A DNA stretch of 13,108 nucleotides from positions 1-13,108 of the forward strand of contig JAYEKO010000059.1 of NCBI GenBank assembly GCA_034661055.1, written 5' to 3'. Positions 8,621 to 13,108 of the stretch are shown piece after piece. The position numbers and the translations under genes were made by a program. Within the stretch, counting starts at the first letter, position 1; the number at the start of each line of letters is the position of its first letter. Below the pieces are notes generated by a model. That model was not told the DNA's origin and ran no database searches. It was given only the letters and a program-made list of their open reading frames with translations. The DNA comes from Campylobacterota bacterium. GTDB taxonomy: Bacteria > Campylobacterota > Campylobacteria > Campylobacterales > Sulfurimonadaceae.

Positions 8621-9322
8621 TTAAATGAGAGCATTATGCCACTGTGCAACGGTTAGACGGTAACCTGAGTGTACCGGTTTGACCTCATGAGAAAAGTAGG
8701 GGTTACTTGGAAAGACCACCATAGTTCCAGCTTTTGGTTTGAGGATTATCTGCTGGCTGTTTTCATCATAAAGATAGTTAAATATAAGCTCTCCACCTTT
8801 AAAATCCTCTTCGTGTGAACTTACAAAAAAGACCGTCGTAAATTTTCGTTGGGGTGCTACACATTTAAATCCAATCGTTTTGCCATCTTTAGAGATTAAC
8901 TCACTTGAATCATCAGAGTGCTTTGTATAGAAGTGACCTTGTGTATATTCAAGAACTTGCGGTTTTGTAGAGGTAGTTAGTGCTATATTAAAAAATGACT
9001 CCATTGAGTTCTGATGGTGTAAAAAACTCTGTTGATACCATGACAAATAAGGCTCAGATAATACATGTATTTTTGTTTTTCGTAACTGCTCATCAACACT
9101 GGGGGTTACTACGCTGTCTTGGAGTAAACTTTTGATCATTGCATCATCACTATTGCTGTCATTTTTCATAGTTGCAGTTATCTGTGAACACTGCTGGGGG
9201 GTTAAAAAGTCTTCAATGAGCATAAATGGGTATTGATGGTACGGATTGGGAAGAAAACGGTTTTCAATATCACATGTTTCAAGGAAATCTTCACAATAAA
9301 TATGTTCACTGAGTTGAATCAT
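8621..9322 (-). CDS. 2OG-Fe(II) oxygenase, prolyl-4-hydroxylase/PKHD-like
   Basis: 233 aa. IEDFLTPQQC, HxD motif in FYTKHSD, RKFTTVFFV, FKGGELIF, PKAGTMVVFPS, and distal His plus 2OG-binding Arg in SHEVKPVHSGYRLT. No signal peptide. GGGAG RBS. Confidence 0.9.
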   Translation of the reverse strand: MIQLSEHIYCEDFLETCDIENRFLPNPYHQYPFMLIEDFLTPQQCSQITATMKNDSNSDDAMIKSLLQDSVVTPSVDEQLRKTKIHVLSEPYLSWYQQSFLHHQNSMESFFNIALTTSTKPQVLEYTQGHFYTKHSDDSSELISKDGKTIGFKCVAPQRKFTTVFFVSSHEEDFKGGELIFNYLYDENSQQIILKPKAGTMVVFPSNPYFSHEVKPVHSGYRLTVAQWHNALI

Positions 9323-9425
9323 TACTACTCCCTGTATGTAAGAGTGTTATTATGGTATTTTATTTTAATTATTTAGCTTAATTGTGTTAGTATAGTGCTA
9401 TAAAAAATTAAAGTAGGGAGTTCTT
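9323..9425. promoter_or_regulatory. Divergent promoter region between oxygenase and porin
   Basis: 103-bp AT-rich gap. Minus strand has TTAAGC-N21-CATAAT (-10 at 9349-9354). Plus strand has -10 candidates TATAGT (9391-9396) and TG-C-TATAAA (9396-9404). GGGAG RBS on each side. Confidence 0.5.
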
Positions 9426-10934
9426 ATGAATAGATTAACAATGAGTTTTGCCGCGGCGATACTGTGCCTCTGCAACGCCAATGTGTTTGCAGGTGACGAT
9501 GTTAAGATAAAGCGTACTTTGAAAAACAATATGATGGAGGTGTATAAAATAACACCTACATCAGCAGATAATTTAACAGAAGCATTTTCAAATGGAGTGC
9601 TCTATGGAAGATTGAGAGCTAACTGGTTTAAATGGGATTGGGATCAGGTCAATTATATTGGTGAAACTCTAATAAATCAAGACAATAAAGCTTTGGGTGT
9701 TGGTGGTAGTCTAATCTATAAGACTGCTCCTTTGCTGGGCATAAGTGCCGGCGCTGGACTTTACTATGCAGATAGTCCTTTTCATGGTATGCGTATGAAT
9801 AACGACATGGTGAAGTACACCAAGGCAGGAAAAGATACTTTTAGCCGTTATAATGTCTCTACTGAGGGTACATGGGCAATGGCTGTACTAGCGCAAGCTT
9901 ATGCTCAGTATGATGTTTCTAAAACCAGCTTTAAAGCAGGTCGACAGATCTTTGAGAGTTTTTTAACCAAATCAAATGACACTAAGATGATTCCAAATAC
10001 ATTTGAGGGGTACACTATTGACTCTAAAGAGTTGGATAGTACACGAATTCGTGCTGCTTATTTTACAGCGCAAAAGTTACGTGATCATACAACATTTCAT
10101 GATCTTATTACCTTTAAGGATTCTGAGGGAAACAGATGGAATAACAATGATGACGCAGCAGTTCACCGTGGTCTTAGTTATGATAATTTTGTTGCTGCAG
10201 GTCAGAGCCCTGAGAATAATCTAATTGTTGCAGATATTCGCAATACATCACTTGAAAATCTTAAATTAGATGTGACATATGGATTAGTTCCAGATGTAGT
10301 TGGATCATTGACGGCAGAAGCAAATTATAAAATAAAATTTTCTGGTGGATACTCGTTAACTCCGGGTGTAAGATACATGTACCAGATGGATGAGGGCGGT
10401 GGAGCTATTGGTGGTTCAGCTCTTAGCGGTCTTTTAGCTGGTTGGAAAGAGGGAGATGACAAGCGGGGTTATAGTGATCCCTCAAGCTTAGATGCTTCTC
10501 TTATTGCAGCACGACTGGTTTTTAAGGTGGATGCTTTGAAGTTGCAGGCTGGGTATTCTGCAATTGCTGATGATGCTGATATTGTCGCTCCTTGGAGAGG
10601 GTTTCCAACAGGAGGATATACCAGAGCAATGGCGCAGTATAACTGGTTTTCAAATACTAAAACTACAAGCGTGGAAGCGTTTTACGATTTTTCAAAAGCT
10701 GATGTCATTCCAGGTTTTAGAATGTTAACACGTTATGCCTCTCAAGATTTTGATGAGACAAAAGGACTTCCAGACAGTAATATACTACATATTGATATGT
10801 GGAAAAAATTTGCATCTCTTCCAAATTTTGAAGCAAAGGTTCGTATTGGAATTTTATATGCAGATGAGTTTCCATCAACAGATAAAGACTTATCATATAA
10901 TGAATACCGTTTTGAATTAAATTATCTTTTTTGA
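9426..10934 (+). CDS. OprD-like outer-membrane porin
   Basis: 502 aa. Signal peptide ending NVFA. Motifs LTEAFSNGVLYGRLR, LAQAYAQY...FKAGRQ...SNDTKMIPNTFEG, and C-terminal EYRFELNYLF. GGGAG RBS at 9416-9420. Confidence 0.85.
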   Translation: MNRLTMSFAAAILCLCNANVFAGDDVKIKRTLKNNMMEVYKITPTSADNLTEAFSNGVLYGRLRANWFKWDWDQVNYIGETLINQDNKALGVGGSLIYKTAPLLGISAGAGLYYADSPFHGMRMNNDMVKYTKAGKDTFSRYNVSTEGTWAMAVLAQAYAQYDVSKTSFKAGRQIFESFLTKSNDTKMIPNTFEGYTIDSKELDSTRIRAAYFTAQKLRDHTTFHDLITFKDSEGNRWNNNDDAAVHRGLSYDNFVAAGQSPENNLIVADIRNTSLENLKLDVTYGLVPDVVGSLTAEANYKIKFSGGYSLTPGVRYMYQMDEGGGAIGGSALSGLLAGWKEGDDKRGYSDPSSLDASLIAARLVFKVDALKLQAGYSAIADDADIVAPWRGFPTGGYTRAMAQYNWFSNTKTTSVEAFYDFSKADVIPGFRMLTRYASQDFDETKGLPDSNILHIDMWKKFASLPNFEAKVRIGILYADEFPSTDKDLSYNEYRFELNYLF

Positions 10935-10948
10935 AACTTTTTAGCATA

Positions 10949-10991
10949 TTAAGCTACATTTTATTTTAAAATAATTTAATTCTATTATAAT
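10949..10991 (+). promoter_or_regulatory. Putative promoter for the Slam-like/FecR pair
   Basis: TATAAT at 10986-10991, 29 nt before the ATG at 11021. Upstream are T-tracts, TTAAGC (10949-10954) and the 14-bp palindrome TTATTTTAAAATAA (10961-10974). Confidence 0.45.
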
Positions 10992-11020
10992 CATAACTAG
11001 TAATAATAAGGAGAGAATAG

Positions 11021-12304
11021 ATGCGCATATTTAAAAAAATATTTTTTCTTCTATTGTTACCTTCTTTTTTATTTTCAAAAACCTATCCAATTTCTTTAGA
11101 ATCTTTGAAATTATTATGGAATAAACATCACTATATTGAAGCTTGTGAAATAGCAGATAAGCTCTATGAAAAAAATCCATATGGTATGCAAACTAATTTG
11201 TATTATGGAAAATGTGCTTCACATAAAGGTGAGACAGATAAGGCTATGGCAGCTTATGACCGTGCAGAAATTCTATCTGATGGCAACGCCTTAGTCCATC
11301 AGTACCTAGGCGATCTATATGCAAAAATAGGTAATTTTGAAATTGCAAATTCGGAATATGATAAGGCGGATCGTTTTGGAAATGCACCAGTATCTCGAGC
11401 TCTTTTAGTATTACCTGATCCAAATCAATTTTCTCTTCTTTTACGTCTGAATGTAGGATTTGACAGTAATGTAAAATATTCTGCTGAACATTCGGATTTA
11501 AATAATTGGTTAGGAGATGCTATAAATTTAACTTCTAGGCCAGAGTCTGCTTTTTTTGCAAAAGAGTATTTGCGTATTAATCATGTCTATGATTCTGATC
11601 CTTTTTCTTCATTTTATTATAAAAATCAACTTCATATTTACAACAAAAATTATGAAACCTTTCATGAAGAAGATTTTCTACAAACAACACTTTACAGTGG
11701 AGTGGGATGGGCTTCAAATACTTTTGATATTTGGTTGCCACTTAGTTATGGGTATATTGCTACAGGCTATGAAGGTTATGAAAATATTTATGCTATACGC
11801 CCTCAATTACGAAAACGCTTTGATAATAGAATACTTTTAAAAGTAGAAGCTCGGTATGAATATAAGCAGTATTTACAATACGACGGTGGTGATAGGTCAA
11901 CCTATTCAGGAAAAGTAAGTGTAAGCCGTTGGTTTGGTAGTAATTATTTTCGTTTTAGTTCACAATATTATAGGGCAAAAAAAGAAGATTTGAAAAGTAA
12001 GCGAATTTTTCTAGACAAAGACTATGGTGAATTTAGTTTAAATTATGTAAGGAGTATTACTCGTACAATAGAAGCAGGTTTGGGATATGATTATCGCCTT
12101 AGTAACTATGAAGATCGTGTACGTGTAGTATCTAGTGAGTATAGAGAAGATGAACTGCAAGAGTATTCTGCTTATGTTTCGTATGACATAAATCAATATA
12201 TAGGCTTGGTTCTACAGTATAATCATTATGACAATAAATCTAATTATACTCCATCACAATATACTAAAGAAGTATTTAGTGGTGGAATCTTTTTCTATTA
12301 CTAA
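11021..12304 (+). CDS. TPR + beta-barrel outer-membrane protein, Slam / type XI secretion (DUF560)-like
   Basis: 427 aa. Signal peptide, then TPR helices (NLYYGKCASHKGETDKAMAAYDRA; VHQYLGDLYAKIGNFEIANSEYDKA). The barrel begins LNVGFDSNV, has Tyr-rich amphipathic strands and an aromatic C-terminus (GGIFFYY). AAGGAG RBS at 11008-11013. The architecture is well supported; the exact family needs an HMM search. Confidence 0.72.
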   Translation: MRIFKKIFFLLLLPSFLFSKTYPISLESLKLLWNKHHYIEACEIADKLYEKNPYGMQTNLYYGKCASHKGETDKAMAAYDRAEILSDGNALVHQYLGDLYAKIGNFEIANSEYDKADRFGNAPVSRALLVLPDPNQFSLLLRLNVGFDSNVKYSAEHSDLNNWLGDAINLTSRPESAFFAKEYLRINHVYDSDPFSSFYYKNQLHIYNKNYETFHEEDFLQTTLYSGVGWASNTFDIWLPLSYGYIATGYEGYENIYAIRPQLRKRFDNRILLKVEARYEYKQYLQYDGGDRSTYSGKVSVSRWFGSNYFRFSSQYYRAKKEDLKSKRIFLDKDYGEFSLNYVRSITRTIEAGLGYDYRLSNYEDRVRVVSSEYREDELQEYSAYVSYDINQYIGLVLQYNHYDNKSNYTPSQYTKEVFSGGIFFYY

Positions 12305-12320
12305 ACAAAAGGAAAATTAA

Positions 12321-13108
12321 ATGTTTAGAATAATATTATTTTATTTTATGAGTTCAGTATTACTTATTGCTGATATTGGAAATATTACTTTAGTTAAGGG
12401 TAAAGCCTTTGTTATACGTGATATTCAAGAGCTTCCTGCGCATCATCCTATGCCTCTTCTCAAACAAGATATCATAGAAACAAAAGATGGTAGATTACAG
12501 ATGCAGTTTATTGACAATACTGTCATTAGCTTAGGAAAAGATAGTCGTTTTCATATACGTGAATATTTTTATGAAGAAAATAGTGATCAACTTGTAGCTT
12601 CATTTGAAATTGAAAAAGGTTTTGTTAAAACGATTACTGGGCTTATAGGTAAATTAATGCCAGAAGTATTTGTATTAAGTACTAGAACAACAGATATTCG
12701 ACCACATGGAACTATTTGGAGTATAGATGTTCATGATAGTCGTGAAGAATATAGAGTTATAGAGGGAAGTATTACTCTTACATTTAATGATGGTGAAGAA
12801 CGAACAGTAGAAGTCCATGCTGGAGAATCTATGCTTTTAGAACTTGATAGTAAAGATTTAAAAAAAATAGCTAAAAGTTTAAAGATGGATATTAAAACTA
12901 CTGAATTTGAAAAATATATTAAACGTGAAAACGCTTCAATAGTAGAAGATAGACAATTAAATCGTATAATTGAGCAAGCCGTAGAACCAGAAGTCATAGA
13001 ACCAGAAGTCATAGAACCAGAAGTCATAGAACCAGAAGTCATAGAACCAGAAGTCATAGAACCAGAAGTCATAGAACCAGAAGTCATAGAACCAGAAGTC
13101 ATAGAACC
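12321..13108 (+). CDS. Exported FecR-domain protein with (EPEVI)n repeat, 3'-truncated by window end
   Basis: Translated by hand; it is missing from the ORF track, probably because it has no stop in the window. Open for 262 codons: [33 protein letters not shown]...[31 protein letters not shown]...[35 protein letters not shown]...VIEGSITL...[21 protein letters not shown] at 12309-12313, starting 16 nt after the previous stop. Confidence 0.88.
   Translation, partial: MFRIILFYFMSSVLLIADIGNITLVKGKAFVIRDIQELPAHHPMPLLKQDIIETKDGRLQMQFIDNTVISLGKDSRFHIREYFYEENSDQLVASFEIEKGFVKTITGLIGKLMPEVFVLSTRTTDIRPHGTIWSIDVHDSREEYRVIEGSITLTFNDGEERTVEVHAGESMLLELDSKDLKKIAKSLKMDIKTTEFEKYIKRENASIVEDRQLNRIIEQAVEPEVIEPEVIEPEVIEPEVIEPEVIEPEVIEPEVIEPEVIE
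12982..13108 (+). repeat. Perfect 15-bp coding tandem repeat (TAGAACCAGAAGTCA)n
   Basis: 8 identical full units plus 7 nt, running to the last base. Encodes EPEVI in the FecR gene frame. Confidence 0.99.

Noticed and set aside
9374..10956. 9-bp inverted repeat (TAGCTTAAT at 9374-9382, ATTAAGCTA at 10948-10956) flanking the porin as an inversion or mobile-element end
   Set aside because: Too short, with no recombinase or transposase nearby. It is better explained as TTAAGC promoter elements of the two outward-pointing neighbouring genes.
10980..10998. Fur box overlapping the -10 of the Slam-like gene
   Set aside because: Only 11 of 19 positions match GATAATGATAATCATTATC, mostly from the TATAAT itself, which is expected by chance in such AT-rich DNA.
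10003..11840. Short ORFs 10003..10224, 10717..10947, 10735..10920 and 11556..11840
   Set aside because: Overlap the intact porin or Slam-like frames, with no sign of frameshifting or separate function.
12731..13102. Minus-strand 123-aa ORF with (MTSGS)n repeat
   Set aside because: Antisense shadow of the EPEVI array. The plus-strand frame has an RBS, a signal peptide and a recognisable FecR domain.
12982..13108. CRISPR array
   Set aside because: The 15-bp units are head-to-tail with no unique spacers, lie in-frame in a CDS, and no cas genes are present.
12321..13108. Canonical FecI/FecR/FecA iron-signalling system
   Set aside because: No N-terminal cytoplasmic anti-sigma domain, and no ECF sigma factor or TonB-dependent receptor in the window. 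Downstream genes cannot be seen.

Overview
AT-rich bacterial window. Gene content, AGGAG/GGGAG ribosome-binding sites and TTAAGC/TATAAT-type promoters suggest Campylobacterota (Sulfurimonas/Sulfurovum-like); this is inferred, not proven. Almost every gene encodes an envelope protein. From left to right: a DUF4136-type lipoprotein (+) converges on a tightly packed minus-strand operon (in transcription order: AI-2E transporter, GYG potassium-channel protein, FUSC/AaeB membrane subunit, TolC/NodT outer-membrane factor, DUF1656/AaeX, AaeA/HlyD adaptor). Upstream of that operon are a DUF481-type beta-barrel and a 2OG-Fe(II) oxygenase (-). A divergent OprD-like porin (+) follows, then a TPR plus beta-barrel Slam/T11SS-like outer-membrane protein (+). 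The last gene is absent from the ORF track: 12321..>13108 (+) encodes a signal peptide, a FecR domain and a perfect 15-bp tandem repeat, (EPEVI)n, that runs off the window end. The Slam-like/FecR-repeat pair is the best candidate for an under-described system, followed by the channel-linked efflux operon. All family calls come from motif recognition by eye, not from database searches.
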